Below, piece by piece: positions 35,409 to 47,349 of a DNA stretch of 64,000 nt. Location of the stretch: contig JBDTZG010000013.1 of the NCBI GenBank assembly GCA_040005235.1, positions 32,001 through 96,000 on the forward strand. Reading direction: 5' to 3'. The DNA is from Acidobacteriota bacterium. Lineage in GTDB: Bacteria; Acidobacteriota; Thermoanaerobaculia; Multivoradales; UBA5704. Positions within the stretch are counted from its first letter, which is position 1. Each line of letters begins with the position of its first letter. Below the pieces are notes generated by a model. The model saw nothing but the letters and a program-made list of their open reading frames with translations, had not been told where the DNA came from and ran no database searches. Both the position numbers and the translations under genes were made by a program.

Positions 35409-36769
35409 GCCTGCCGCCCGACCTGTTCGCGCGAATCGAAGCCTCCGCGCGCGATATCGCCGAGCGGGTCGCGCAAGAGCGGGCGACCTCCGAAGCATTG
35501 TGGGGGGAGCTGGCGGCGGCGCCGGTCGCGTCCTGGGCCGATCTCGCGGCGAGCGGCCGATTTGCCCTTCCCACGTTCATCGAGACCCTGTGCGAGGAGA
35601 GCTGGTCGCTCCCTCCCGATCGTTCGGAAGCCTTGGCGCAATTCGGCTACGCCGTGGTGCGCACAGTCGACCCCCGGGCGGTCGGAACCGCCACCGCCGC
35701 GGGCCTGCGGGCTCTAGTTCGTGCTTCGCTCGGCGACGCCTGGCGGCGCCAGGGCCGATTCGACGAGTCCGATCTGGCATTCCTGGGCGCTTTCAGAGAG
35801 CTGGTCGAAAGCGAGGACGCCATCGACTTCGGGTTCGTCCAGGCGCTTTATTCGCGGCTCCTGCGCGATCGGGGCGAGATGTCCGAGGCGTACTTCGAGG
35901 CGCTTCGCGCGGCGCAGAACCTTCGGCGCGAAGGGGTGGCCGTCCTCGCCGCGGGAGCTTGGGGCGAAGTCGCGGCTCTCGCCGCGGAAATCGGCGCCTG
36001 CGGCAGGGTCGATTCCGCCCTCAAAGCCGCCCGCCGGGAAACCGGGGCCGAGGCACAGCGCGCCGCAGCGGTCGCGGTCGCCCGCGGGGTTCTGCGCCTT
36101 CGGCTCCTGCGCGCCGACGCCGCGGCTATCGCTTTGGCCGGCGCCGCGGAGGCGCACTTGAAGCTGGACTCTTTATCGCGCGCGGATTTCGCCGCGGCGA
36201 CCTCCGGTTTCGTCGGGGTTGCCCGACTTGCCGGCATCGATTTCTTCCACGCTCCGCGAATCGGCGTAGGAGGGTGGGCATCGTGTACAGACCCTATCCA
36301 GGAGGCGATCCCCATGACCGACCGCAAACCCGTCGTACCTATTCCCGCCACCTCAAGCTCCGAGCCCGACGGCGTTCCGATGCTGCGCGACGCGAGCGAA
36401 TGGGAGGCGGTGGAAGGATTTCGCCACACCTTCCTGATCCATTTCACCCCACAGGGCCTTGCCGCCTCCTTGCGCCAGGCCGGCCAGAATCTTTATGACG
36501 GCGCGCTCGAAAGCTCAGGCGGATGGCCGCGTTCCCCCACGCCGCCGGTAGTCGAACAGGTGATGGCCGGCGTGGCGGAGCTCCGTTTCATCGAAGGGTT
36601 TTACGGCATGGTCGGGCGCGAAGCCGAGGAGACGAGCCTCACGCGGGTCGAGATCAAGATTTCCAATCTCGCGGTCGAATACGCCGCCGCCGCGGGAGCG
36701 CTCGCCGCGCAAATCGAGCAGGATCTGGCCGCCGCGGGCGTGACCTGGCCGCCTCCGGCCATGAAGTGA
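35405..36769 (+). CDS. Degenerate TPR-like protein, in frame with a probably separate ~150-aa ORF starting at 36314
   Basis: N-part resembles 32855-34261 ('ETLCEESWSL','ASLGDAWRRQGRFDESDLAF'). Internal GGAGG-N8-ATG at 36301-36316. Confidence 0.6.
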   Translation: MSLPPDLFARIEASARDIAERVAQERATSEALWGELAAAPVASWADLAASGRFALPTFIETLCEESWSLPPDRSEALAQFGYAVVRTVDPRAVGTATAAGLRALVRASLGDAWRRQGRFDESDLAFLGAFRELVESEDAIDFGFVQALYSRLLRDRGEMSEAYFEALRAAQNLRREGVAVLAAGAWGEVAALAAEIGACGRVDSALKAARRETGAEAQRAAAVAVARGVLRLRLLRADAAAIALAGAAEAHLKLDSLSRADFAAATSGFVGVARLAGIDFFHAPRIGVGGWASCTDPIQEAIPMTDRKPVVPIPATSSSEPDGVPMLRDASEWEAVEGFRHTFLIHFTPQGLAASLRQAGQNLYDGALESSGGWPRSPTPPVVEQVMAGVAELRFIEGFYGMVGREAEETSLTRVEIKISNLAVEYAAAAGALAAQIEQDLAAAGVTWPPPAMK

Positions 36770-36850
36770 ATCCCTGGTGTCAATTCAACGCTCCCTGCGT
36801 AGATTCCTAACCCACCGCGTCGGAATCGCCGAGAGGTACACTTCTCCACC

Positions 36851-37456
36851 ATGAAGAAGAAAGAAACTCCTTCGGAACCAGCCCCCCGCGCCAAGGCCAC
36901 GCGCGGCAAGAAGCCGCGCAAGCGGAAGATGGCGCCGGTCGGGCGGGCGCGTTGGCTGCTCGGCCACCTGATTCAGATGACCGGCCTCGGCCGGCGCGAC
37001 GTCGATGAGCGCCTCGGCCTCACCCGGGGCCAGGTGAGCCAGTTGCTCACCGGCCGGGTCTCGCTCAAGCTCGAGATGATCCTGCTGATCCTCGACGAGG
37101 TCGGCATGGAGCCGGCGATGTTTTTCAAGCTGCTGTTCGAGCTGCCGGACGAAGGCGACAACCCGTTCCTCGCGCTGCTCTACCGCAAAATGCTCGAAAG
37201 CGGCGCGATGAAACCCGAGCACCTGATCCCCCCGCCCGAACCGGCGCCGATCCCTGCCGACCAACTGCGCCGGCTCGTGCGCGAAGAGCTGCAAGACGTC
37301 CTCGCCCTCGCCCAGCGAACCCCCTCCCGCGAGGACCGGCTGGCCGAAGAGCGCAAGCTGACGGAACCCCTGATCGGCGACATCGTGGAAGAGATCAAGC
37401 GCAAGCGCGCCCCGAAACCGCCGCGCAAGAAGTCCGACGAGGAAGCGGAGCGTTGA
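36851..37456 (+). CDS. XRE-like HTH protein with basic N- and C-terminal tails
   Basis: 'GLGRRDVDERLGLTRGQVSQLLTGRVSLKLEMILLILDEVGMEPAMFF'. Confidence 0.8.
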   Translation: MKKKETPSEPAPRAKATRGKKPRKRKMAPVGRARWLLGHLIQMTGLGRRDVDERLGLTRGQVSQLLTGRVSLKLEMILLILDEVGMEPAMFFKLLFELPDEGDNPFLALLYRKMLESGAMKPEHLIPPPEPAPIPADQLRRLVREELQDVLALAQRTPSREDRLAEERKLTEPLIGDIVEEIKRKRAPKPPRKKSDEEAER

Positions 37457-37487
37457 GATCGGCCCGCCCTCCGGGGGGCCGACCCAT

Positions 37488-38606
<1,119 letters not shown>

Positions 38607-38724
38607 ACGGCGGCCATCGTATCTTCGATCACCGTGTGGTCGCCTGCCGAAAATCCTCTGCCAGTCCCTATGGAGGGTCGCAACTGCGCTCACTTTGGAA
38701 GGGAACTTTTTTGAGCCGAGCCCC

Positions 38725-39723
38725 CTACTCCCCCTCGATCGCCTCCAGCAACTCGTCCAAAACCCGCTCCACCGCCTCCGGCCGGTCGAGCTGAATCCAG
38801 TGACCGGTGCCTCCTACGGGGTAGACGGGCAGGTCTTCGTCCAGGCGGTGGAGGCTGATCGGCAGGCTGTTGAGCTCGCTCACCAGTGCGATTTTCGGCC
38901 CCGGGTAGGCGGCGAGCGGTGCCATCGGCGACCAGGTGGCAGCACCTTCGAGCGCTCCGACGATCGCCTTGGGGTCGGTCTGGGCGAGGTCTTCGAGGAT
39001 CCAGGCCGCCGCCTCGCGATCGCCGCCGACCACCAGTTGGCGAAAATAGTCCTTGGTCTCCCCTGAGGGATCGCGGCGAACCGCGTCGAGGAAAGGGTCG
39101 ATTTCGGCGCGCGAAAGTTTCGTCTGGTCGCCGTTCGGATCGACCAGGACGAGCGCGGCCACCCGGTCGGGATGCTCCGCGGCGTAGGCGATCGCCGGCA
39201 TTGCGCCCAAGCTGTGGCCGATCAGGACGAAGCGCCGCAGATGGAGCTGGTCGGCGACCGAACCGATGTCCCTCGCGAAGGCCGGGACCGAATAGTCGCC
39301 GTCCGCGGCCGGGTCGGATTCGCCATGGCCGCGCAGGTCGAGCGCCACCGCCCGCCGTTCGGGCCGGAAGGCGTCGAGCTGGAGCACCCATTGACCGCCG
39401 TTGCCGCCCAGCCCGTGTACGAACAGGAGCGGTAGATCGTGGGCTCCTCCCGCGCCGCCATCGCGCACGAAGAGGTTGCCGGCCGGGCCGGGCAGCCAGA
39501 GCGCGAGATCTTGAAGGCGCGGCGCGGGCGAAAACAGCTCGCCGCCGATCCGGCCGGGGTCGAGCTCGGGATCGAGACCGAGGAGATCGTTGAAAACTCC
39601 ACGGCGATAGGCGACCACGAGAGTCGCGGTGGCCGCAGCGGTTGCTCCGACCACGGCGAGGCCGACCAGCGGCCCGACGAAACTCCGCTTCCTTGCACGA
39701 CGGTAGGCGTTTTTTCGGCTCAT
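38725..39723 (-). CDS. Alpha/beta hydrolase with N-terminal membrane anchor
   Basis: 'FVHGLGG', 'DLRGHGES', nucleophile 'GHSLG', 'GHW'. Confidence 0.92.
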   Translation of the reverse strand: MSRKNAYRRARKRSFVGPLVGLAVVGATAAATATLVVAYRRGVFNDLLGLDPELDPGRIGGELFSPAPRLQDLALWLPGPAGNLFVRDGGAGGAHDLPLLFVHGLGGNGGQWVLQLDAFRPERRAVALDLRGHGESDPAADGDYSVPAFARDIGSVADQLHLRRFVLIGHSLGAMPAIAYAAEHPDRVAALVLVDPNGDQTKLSRAEIDPFLDAVRRDPSGETKDYFRQLVVGGDREAAAWILEDLAQTDPKAIVGALEGAATWSPMAPLAAYPGPKIALVSELNSLPISLHRLDEDLPVYPVGGTGHWIQLDRPEAVERVLDELLEAIEGE

Positions 39724-39785
39724 CGACGGAATTCTATCTCAGAGGAAACGCGCGGAAACTCGCGTGTGCGTGTCAAATTGTCGGA

Positions 39786-40874
39786 TCAGACCGCCGACTT
39801 GAGGGTGCCGGCGACGATCTTGTCGTCGATCACCAGGTGGTGGCGGTCGCCTTTCGGTTCGACCTCCGGGTGGCCGAAAGGGTCGAACTCGTACGGTTTG
39901 ATCACCCGGCCGAACACCGATTTGAGCGCGCGGGCGCCGATTCGGCTGCTCTTGGAAGCCTCGTCCGCGATCTTCAGGATGGCCGGCTCGGTCACTTCGA
40001 GATCGATGCCCATCTTGCGGAAAAAGTTCTGGGAGATCTGGAGCACCCCTTCGGCCGGCTCGCGGAAGATTCTGGCGAGGGTGCCAGGGGTCAGATCTTC
40101 GAGGATGACCGCGTTGTCGAACCGCGAGAGGAACTGCGGCTGCATGCCGTACTCGAACAGATCCTCCTGCCGGAAATGGTGGCGCAGGGTGAAGTACTCG
40201 CGGATCTGGATCTTGCCGTTTTCGTAGATCGTCGTGGTCGGCAGCTTGATTCCGCTCTTCGGCGAGATGACGCGCTGGAACACCTGGTCGTAGAGATTCT
40301 CGAACGCTCCGGCGCAGAGGAAGAGCATCTTGCCCGTGTCGATCCAGGCGTTGGTCGTCTCGGCGACCTTGTCGCGCATCACGGTGATCTTGTGGCTCAC
40401 CCGTTCGCCCTCGATCAAAGTGAGCAGCGCCTGCTGGATGTTGATCCCGGTGACGTAGGGCCTGCCACCGACGACGCCCGAGACCTTGTCGATCTCGTCC
40501 AGGCAGACCGTGGCGCGCTCCATCGCCCGGCCGATCTCCTCGGCGGTGGCGTTCGCCCCGAGCACCTGGCGGGTGCGCTCCTCCAGGCGGTGGAACAGGC
40601 GCGAGGTGTCGATCGCCCCATCTTCCGCCGCGATCGTGCTGGCGTTCATGATCAGCACCACCCGGTACTCGAAGAACTCGTCGTGCTCGGCGTAGAGAGC
40701 CTCGATGCCGCGCATGATCGTGGTCTTGCCGGTTCCGGAGTTGCCGATCAGCAGGAGGTTGCCGTACTTCTCGCCTTCCAGGTGCTTGAAGATCGCGACC
40801 GCGACGAACCGCAGCGTCTCTTCTTGGCCGATGACGCGCTCGGACAGAAATTCGTGAATTTCAACGGGCTTCAT
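39786..40874 (-). CDS. ClpX-like AAA+ ATPase (atypical paralog)
   Basis: 'VIGQE', Walker A 'GNSGTGKT', Walker B 'CLDEIDK', 'QQALLTLIEG', 'FLCAGAF', 'GARAL'. No N-terminal Zn finger. Start uncertain. Confidence 0.85.
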   Translation of the reverse strand: MKPVEIHEFLSERVIGQEETLRFVAVAIFKHLEGEKYGNLLLIGNSGTGKTTIMRGIEALYAEHDEFFEYRVVLIMNASTIAAEDGAIDTSRLFHRLEERTRQVLGANATAEEIGRAMERATVCLDEIDKVSGVVGGRPYVTGINIQQALLTLIEGERVSHKITVMRDKVAETTNAWIDTGKMLFLCAGAFENLYDQVFQRVISPKSGIKLPTTTIYENGKIQIREYFTLRHHFRQEDLFEYGMQPQFLSRFDNAVILEDLTPGTLARIFREPAEGVLQISQNFFRKMGIDLEVTEPAILKIADEASKSSRIGARALKSVFGRVIKPYEFDPFGHPEVEPKGDRHHLVIDDKIVAGTLKSAV

Positions 40875-41065
40875 GTGTAGGGTATGGATCTCGGGGGAAT
40901 GGACCGCGGTCAGTGTGCAAAGCCGCGCGGCAGGCCGCGCGACGACTTGGGACGTGGATTGTACGTGCGAACCCTCTCCTACCGCGATTTGCTCAGTAAA
41001 CAATTGACCCGACGCCAACCGGGAGCTACCATGCTCGCCGAACTCGCGGAGGTTACAACCCGGTC

Positions 41066-41920
41066 ATGGTTCTACAACTGCGTCTCAGCCATATCTCGGT
41101 CTGTCTTCTGACGGGAGCCGCGTTCGCTCTCGGCACCCCGGTCCACGGAACCACTTTGACCCTCGCGAATCCGATCGTGGTGTTCGCCACCCCCGGCAGT
41201 AAGCAAGTTTCGCTCCAGACGTGCAACGCGGCGGGATGCGACACCGAGATGAAGACGGTCACGGTGCTCGATCCGGTTCCGTCGGTTCTATCCGCGCTCG
41301 CTAACCCCGGGACGGTGCAGACGGGCGAGCTGGTGCGGCTGATCGGCACGGGCTCCGGCGCGCCGCCTCTCACCTATACCTGGAAGATCTTCTCGGGGCT
41401 CGACCTGGTGGCGACCTTGCCGGGGGCCACGGCCTGGTGGGACACGACCGGCCAGGCGCCCGGGCTGTACACGGCGCAGCTTTCGATCGGCAACTCGTTC
41501 AGCACCGTGCCGTCGGCGATCCTGCCGTTGGTGGTCCAAGGGTACGTTCCGGCGAACTTCTTCACCCTTTCCCCCTGCCGGGTGCTCGATACCCGGAGCA
41601 CGACGCCGCTGGTCTCAGGCCTCGCCCGGTCGATCGCGCTCGCCGCTGCGGCCTGCGGCGTTCCGGCGACCGCGAGGGCGATCTCGGCCAACCTGTCGGT
41701 GACGGCCCCCTCCGGCTCCGGCCTGGTCGTGCTCTATCCGGGCAACTACCCGAAGCCGGGCACCCAATCGCTCAACTTCGGCTCCGGGCAGACGCGCACC
41801 AACAACATCGTGATCCAGCTCGCGTCGGACGGCACGGCGACCCTGAACGCCGAGGCGACGATGACCGTCTCCGGCGGCACCGTCCAGTTCATCCTCGACG
41901 TCAACGGGTACTTCGAGTAG
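41066..41920 (+). CDS. Secreted PKD-like surface protein with 'PCRVLDTR...DVNGYF' C-terminal domain
   Basis: Signal peptide; 'FATPGSKQVSLQTCN', 'PLTYTW'; C-terminal domain recalled from Acidobacteria/Actinobacteria surface proteins. Confidence 0.8.
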   Translation: MVLQLRLSHISVCLLTGAAFALGTPVHGTTLTLANPIVVFATPGSKQVSLQTCNAAGCDTEMKTVTVLDPVPSVLSALANPGTVQTGELVRLIGTGSGAPPLTYTWKIFSGLDLVATLPGATAWWDTTGQAPGLYTAQLSIGNSFSTVPSAILPLVVQGYVPANFFTLSPCRVLDTRSTTPLVSGLARSIALAAAACGVPATARAISANLSVTAPSGSGLVVLYPGNYPKPGTQSLNFGSGQTRTNNIVIQLASDGTATLNAEATMTVSGGTVQFILDVNGYFE

Positions 41921-41951
41921 GGGCGAGGGCGGAACAGGTGGCGACCTGCGA

Positions 41952-42069
41952 ACCCAGGCCTCCAGCCTGGGCTAACGGGAGACGGCCTTTCAGGCCTAAG
42001 ACAAAGACTGCTAAACGTTGCGGCGGCCCAAAGGGCCGCGTTACGTTAGCCCAGGCCAACGGCCTGGGT
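41952..42069. repeat. REP-like nested palindromic element between convergent genes
   Basis: Arms acccaggcc..gcctgggctaacg and cgttagcccaggc..ggcctgggt; internal ggcctttcaggcc and ggcccaaagggcc. Related to the 57.5-57.8 kb element. Confidence 0.7.
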
Positions 42070-42074
42070 CGGAT

Positions 42075-42671
42075 TCAGGCCCGCGACAGCCGGTTCAAGC
42101 TCGCCCGCAGCAGGTCGTGGAACGCCGCGTCGGGGCGCTCTCGCCGCGCCTCGGCGACGGCTCGCTCGGCTTGGGGCGGTTTGTAGCCTAAGTTGACCAG
42201 GGCGGAGACGACGTCCGGGTCCGAGGTCGACGCCTTCGTGCTCGGCGGCAGCTCGGCCGCCAGCTCGCGCATTTTGTCCTTGAGCTCCAGGATCAGCCGT
42301 TCGGCGGTCTTCTTGCCGATCCCGGGGATGGTCGACAGGCGCCCAAGGTCGCCGCCCGCTAGCGCGGCGAGAAATTCGTCGGGCGGCATGCCGGAAAGGA
42401 TCACCCGGGCGAGCTTGGGGCCGATGCCGGAAACCCCGATCAGCCGTTCGAAGATCCGCTTCTCCCGCTCGGTCCAGAAGCCGAACAGGGCGATGCCGTC
42501 CTCTCGCAGGTGGGTGTGGATGAACAGCCCGACGGGCTTGTCGCCGCCCTGCTTCTCGATCTCGTAAAACGTCGAGAGCGGGACGGCGACCTCGTAACCA
42601 ACGCCTTGAACGTCGAGCAAAACCCGCTCGGGGCTCACGGTGAGCAGTGCGCCCCGAAGGTATCCGATCAT
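42075..42671 (-). CDS. ruvA: Holliday junction branch migration protein RuvA
   Basis: 'MIGYLRG', 'GVGYEV', 'LFGF', 'VSGIGPK', 'IPGIGKKTAERLILELKDK', 'ALVNLGY'. Confidence 0.97.
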   Translation of the reverse strand: MIGYLRGALLTVSPERVLLDVQGVGYEVAVPLSTFYEIEKQGGDKPVGLFIHTHLREDGIALFGFWTEREKRIFERLIGVSGIGPKLARVILSGMPPDEFLAALAGGDLGRLSTIPGIGKKTAERLILELKDKMRELAAELPPSTKASTSDPDVVSALVNLGYKPPQAERAVAEARRERPDAAFHDLLRASLNRLSRA

Positions 42672-42682
42672 GCCGGTCGAGC

Positions 42683-44647
42683 TCAGCTCTTCGAGGCCGC
42701 CGCCTGGTCGGGATCGATCCCCAGGCTTTGCAGGTAGCTGCGGCTGAAGTTGACGCCGATCTCCTGGCGCCTCTTGTCGATCAGCGCCTGGAGCAGGCGG
42801 ATCGTCTTCTCGCGGCCGAGCGATTCGCGCGTCGCGTCCTTTTGCTTGGCGAATTCGACCGGGTCGAACGCCTTCTTCGACTTGAGCTGGAACAGCACCG
42901 CGCCTTGCGGGTCGGCGATCGGGCCGCCGGTCTGGCCGGGTTCGAGAGCGAGCGCGGCCTTGTTCAGCTGCGGGTTGTTGCCCAGGCCGGGGATGGCGCC
43001 GGTCGCTCCGAACTCGGGCGAATCGACGACTTTGAGGTTGAGGCCCGCCGCCACCTGATCGAGAGTCTCGCCGCCGCCGAGCTTCTGCTTGGCGCGCGTC
43101 AGCTCTTCGACCGCCATCCGGCTCTGCTTTTCGCGCGCGGCGGCCAGCCGGATCTTCGGCTCGACCTCGGCCAGCTCCGGCAGCTTCGGGGGCAGGACGT
43201 CCTTGACGTACGCGATCACCCAGCCGCGCGGCACTTGAAGGGCCGGCGTGACGCCTCCCTTGGCGAGCGAAAACACAGAGCTGGCCAGCTCCGGCGCGAG
43301 CCCCAGGCCGGGGATCGGCTCTTGGCGTCCGAAGCGGGACGAAGCCGTGTAGGTGAGCGAGGCGTCCTGGCGCGCCAGGTCGTCGAGCGCTTCTGGACCT
43401 TTCGGCTTGTCCTTGGTCAGCCGCTCCGCGAGCCGCTTCGCCTTGGCTTCGCTTTCGGTCTTCGAACGGTCGCCGGAGAGCTGGAAGACGATCTGCGATT
43501 TCACCTCGGCCAGCGGGGTAGTTCCCCCTTCGCGGCGCCCTTCGACCTGGATCAGGTGATAGCCGAACTGGCTGCGGACAGGCCCCACGACCTGGCCCTC
43601 CGCGCCGGAGAACGCGGCCTCGCTGAATTTGGGGTCCATCCGCTCCTTCGGAAACCAGCCCAGCTCGCCCCCTTGGGCTTTCGAGCCGGTGTCCTCGGAG
43701 ATCTCCTGGGCGACTTTCCCGAAGTCGGCGCCGCCCTTGATGCGCGCTTGGGCGGCATCGATCTTCGCCTTGGCCGCCGCCTCGTTCTGCTGATCGTTGA
43801 CCATGGCCAGGATGTGGCGCGCCCGGACCTCGGCCTCGTGCGAGTAGTCGGCCAGATGGGCGTCGTAATAGGTCTTGACGTCGGCGTCGGAGACCTGTGC
43901 CTGGCCCATCATCTTGCCGTCGTCGACCAACAGGAAGGCGATGTCGCGCTGCTCGGGCAGGCGGTACTCCTCCTTGTGCGCGGCAAAATAGCTCGCCACC
44001 TCGGGCGTAGGAAGCTCTTCGCCCTGGAGGTACCGGTTGCTCGGCATCAGCACGTAGCGGATTTGCGCCTTTTCGGTCTGCTCGCGATAAGACTGCTCCA
44101 GCTCCGCGTCCGAAATGTAGATCGTGCCGCGGAGCACCTGGTTCAGCCGCTCCAGAGCGATCTGATCGCGGGCCATCCGCTCGAAATCGGACGGGGTCAT
44201 CCGGTAGCCGCGGCGGATGACGTTAGCGTAGGCGTCGGAACCGACGAAATTGCCCTTGTCGTCCTTCATGCCCGGGATCGAAAGGATCGCCTTCTGCAGA
44301 TCCTGGTCGGTCGGGGCGAGGCCCATGCGCTTGGCTTCGGCGAGCAGCACTTTTTGGTTGACCGCGCCGTTCAAGGCTTGGAGCGGCAGACCCAACTGAT
44401 CCGCGAGCTCGGAGCTGAACTGGTCGCCGTAGATCTGCCGGTACTGGCCTTCGAGCAGGTCGAATTGCCGCTTCACCTCGGCGCGGGTGACGTGCTCGCC
44501 GCCGACGGTCGCCGCGGCCGCCTCGTCCGACGCGCCGGAAGAGGGCACGCGGCCAAAGTCCAGGAAGATCGCAAGGACGAAGACGATCACGATCAACCAG
44601 AGAATCCAGCTCAGGTATTTGATGTTCTCTCGCAAAACTTTAAGCAT
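42683..44647 (-). CDS. ppiD: Membrane-anchored SurA-N/parvulin periplasmic chaperone (PpiD-like)
   Basis: N-terminal TM, SurA-like N-domain, rotamase 'RARHIL...SEDTGSKAQGGELGW...SQFGYHLI'. Confidence 0.85.
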   Translation of the reverse strand: MLKVLRENIKYLSWILWLIVIVFVLAIFLDFGRVPSSGASDEAAAATVGGEHVTRAEVKRQFDLLEGQYRQIYGDQFSSELADQLGLPLQALNGAVNQKVLLAEAKRMGLAPTDQDLQKAILSIPGMKDDKGNFVGSDAYANVIRRGYRMTPSDFERMARDQIALERLNQVLRGTIYISDAELEQSYREQTEKAQIRYVLMPSNRYLQGEELPTPEVASYFAAHKEEYRLPEQRDIAFLLVDDGKMMGQAQVSDADVKTYYDAHLADYSHEAEVRARHILAMVNDQQNEAAAKAKIDAAQARIKGGADFGKVAQEISEDTGSKAQGGELGWFPKERMDPKFSEAAFSGAEGQVVGPVRSQFGYHLIQVEGRREGGTTPLAEVKSQIVFQLSGDRSKTESEAKAKRLAERLTKDKPKGPEALDDLARQDASLTYTASSRFGRQEPIPGLGLAPELASSVFSLAKGGVTPALQVPRGWVIAYVKDVLPPKLPELAEVEPKIRLAAAREKQSRMAVEELTRAKQKLGGGETLDQVAAGLNLKVVDSPEFGATGAIPGLGNNPQLNKAALALEPGQTGGPIADPQGAVLFQLKSKKAFDPVEFAKQKDATRESLGREKTIRLLQALIDKRRQEIGVNFSRSYLQSLGIDPDQAAASKS

Positions 44648-44751
44648 CTGCTACTCCTTGGGCTCGACCGCGGAAACCGCCGAACTGTAGCAGCGCCCCT
44701 CTGGTGTTTCAACCCGTGGTAAATTCTCTCCCTCGGATCGAGGAGTTTTAC

Positions 44752-46218
44752 GTGGCTGGCCGCCTGAAAGACCCCCGGCGCAATTGGTACAGCATCTCCG
44801 TCGACACCCTCCGGACCTTGGGCGTGTTGATCGTCGCGGCCGGCCTGCTGGCCGTGGGCGCCCGCTATTTCCACCAGTGGGAGCAGAAAGCCTTGGCGCG
44901 CGAGGCCAGCCGCGTGATCGACGAAGCGCGCGGCAAGCTCGACTCCGCCGAGCCGCTCGCGGGAGCGGCCCAACGCAAAGTGCTGGAGGAGGCGAGGGGC
45001 GAGATCGGCGCGGCCGAGGCGGCCTACGCGCAGGCGAGCTACCGGGTCGCGATCGAAAACGCCCGCCGGGCGCGTCAGGCCCTCGGCGCCATGGCAGGGG
45101 GGGACGCGGGCTCCGGCAAAGGCGCGGCGAACTTCGTTACGGTCCAAGGGACGGTCGAGTACCGCCGCGGCGAGGATGGCGACTGGCAGCCGGCCAAGAG
45201 CCGCATCTCTCTCGAACCCGGCGATTACGTCCGCACCTCCTCGGGCTCGGCCGAGATCGTGTTCGCCGACGGAAGCCTGTACACCGTTCGCGCCAACACC
45301 CAGTTCATCGTCGCCTCGGTGCGCGGAGCGGACGGCGGCGAGGGGCAGTCGATCCGCATGGACTATGGCTGGGTCGACCTTTCTACGCGCGCCAAACCGA
45401 TCCAGGTGGCCACCCCGGGGGCGGAAGCCCACGTGCGCGAAAGCTCCGAAGCGTTCGTCTCCTACGACCGGACGGCGGGGCAGGGCCGTTTCGGCGCGGT
45501 GCGCGGCGGGCTCGACCTCGCGTCTTCGAGCGGCTTGAAACGCAGCGTCGGCGCGCTGGAGCAGGTGACGCAGTCCGGCGGGCAGCTCTCGGCGTCCGAG
45601 CGCCTGCCGGGCGCGCCGCGCTTGAGCGAACCGGCGGACCAGGCGGAGGTCGACTTCGATCCCGCCCCCGATCGACGCGCCGCAGGCCGGCTGTCGCTCG
45701 GTTGGGAACCGGTTTCGGGCGCGGCGCGCTATGCCCTTCAGGTCGGGCGCAATCATCTGTTCGTCGACAACGTGATCGACGTCGCCTCGCGGACCAAGGC
45801 CACGGCCACCCTGGGGTTGCGCGGCGAGGGAAGCTTCGTTTGGCGCGTCGCCGCGATCGATCGCGAAGGCGTGCAGGGGCCATGGAGCGAGCCGCGCAAG
45901 TTTCGCGTCGCGGCGATCTCGGGTTCCGGCGGAGGGGGTTCGGCCGACGGCGCGGCGGCTTCGCGCGACAAAACACCGCCCCAGCTTGACCTCGAAGACG
46001 TCAAACCGTACGGTACGGTGCTGATCGTCGGTGGCAAGACCGAGCCGGGCGCGCGGGTTTCGATCAACGGCGAACCGGTGGAGGTCGATCTCGACGGCTC
46101 GTTCAACAAAGCGATTCAAATGAATCGCGAAGGATGGAGCACCCTTGAGATCCGCGCAGTGGACTCGGACGGCAATCCGAACGTCGTCCATCGCAAGGTT
46201 TTCGTCGGCGCCGCATAA
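44752..46218 (+). CDS. FecR-domain membrane protein with FN3/Ig-like C-terminal domains
   Basis: GTG after GAGGAG; TM; 'LEPGDYVRT..AEIVFADGS'; 'WRVAAID...GPWS'; 'GKTEPGARVSING'. Confidence 0.75.
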   Translation: MAGRLKDPRRNWYSISVDTLRTLGVLIVAAGLLAVGARYFHQWEQKALAREASRVIDEARGKLDSAEPLAGAAQRKVLEEARGEIGAAEAAYAQASYRVAIENARRARQALGAMAGGDAGSGKGAANFVTVQGTVEYRRGEDGDWQPAKSRISLEPGDYVRTSSGSAEIVFADGSLYTVRANTQFIVASVRGADGGEGQSIRMDYGWVDLSTRAKPIQVATPGAEAHVRESSEAFVSYDRTAGQGRFGAVRGGLDLASSSGLKRSVGALEQVTQSGGQLSASERLPGAPRLSEPADQAEVDFDPAPDRRAAGRLSLGWEPVSGAARYALQVGRNHLFVDNVIDVASRTKATATLGLRGEGSFVWRVAAIDREGVQGPWSEPRKFRVAAISGSGGGGSADGAAASRDKTPPQLDLEDVKPYGTVLIVGGKTEPGARVSINGEPVEVDLDGSFNKAIQMNREGWSTLEIRAVDSDGNPNVVHRKVFVGAA

Positions 46219-47301
<1,083 letters not shown>

Positions 47302-47349
47302 CGTCCTCCCGGCTCGGGACGGACGGCTGGGTGAGCTAGGGCGACAAGC

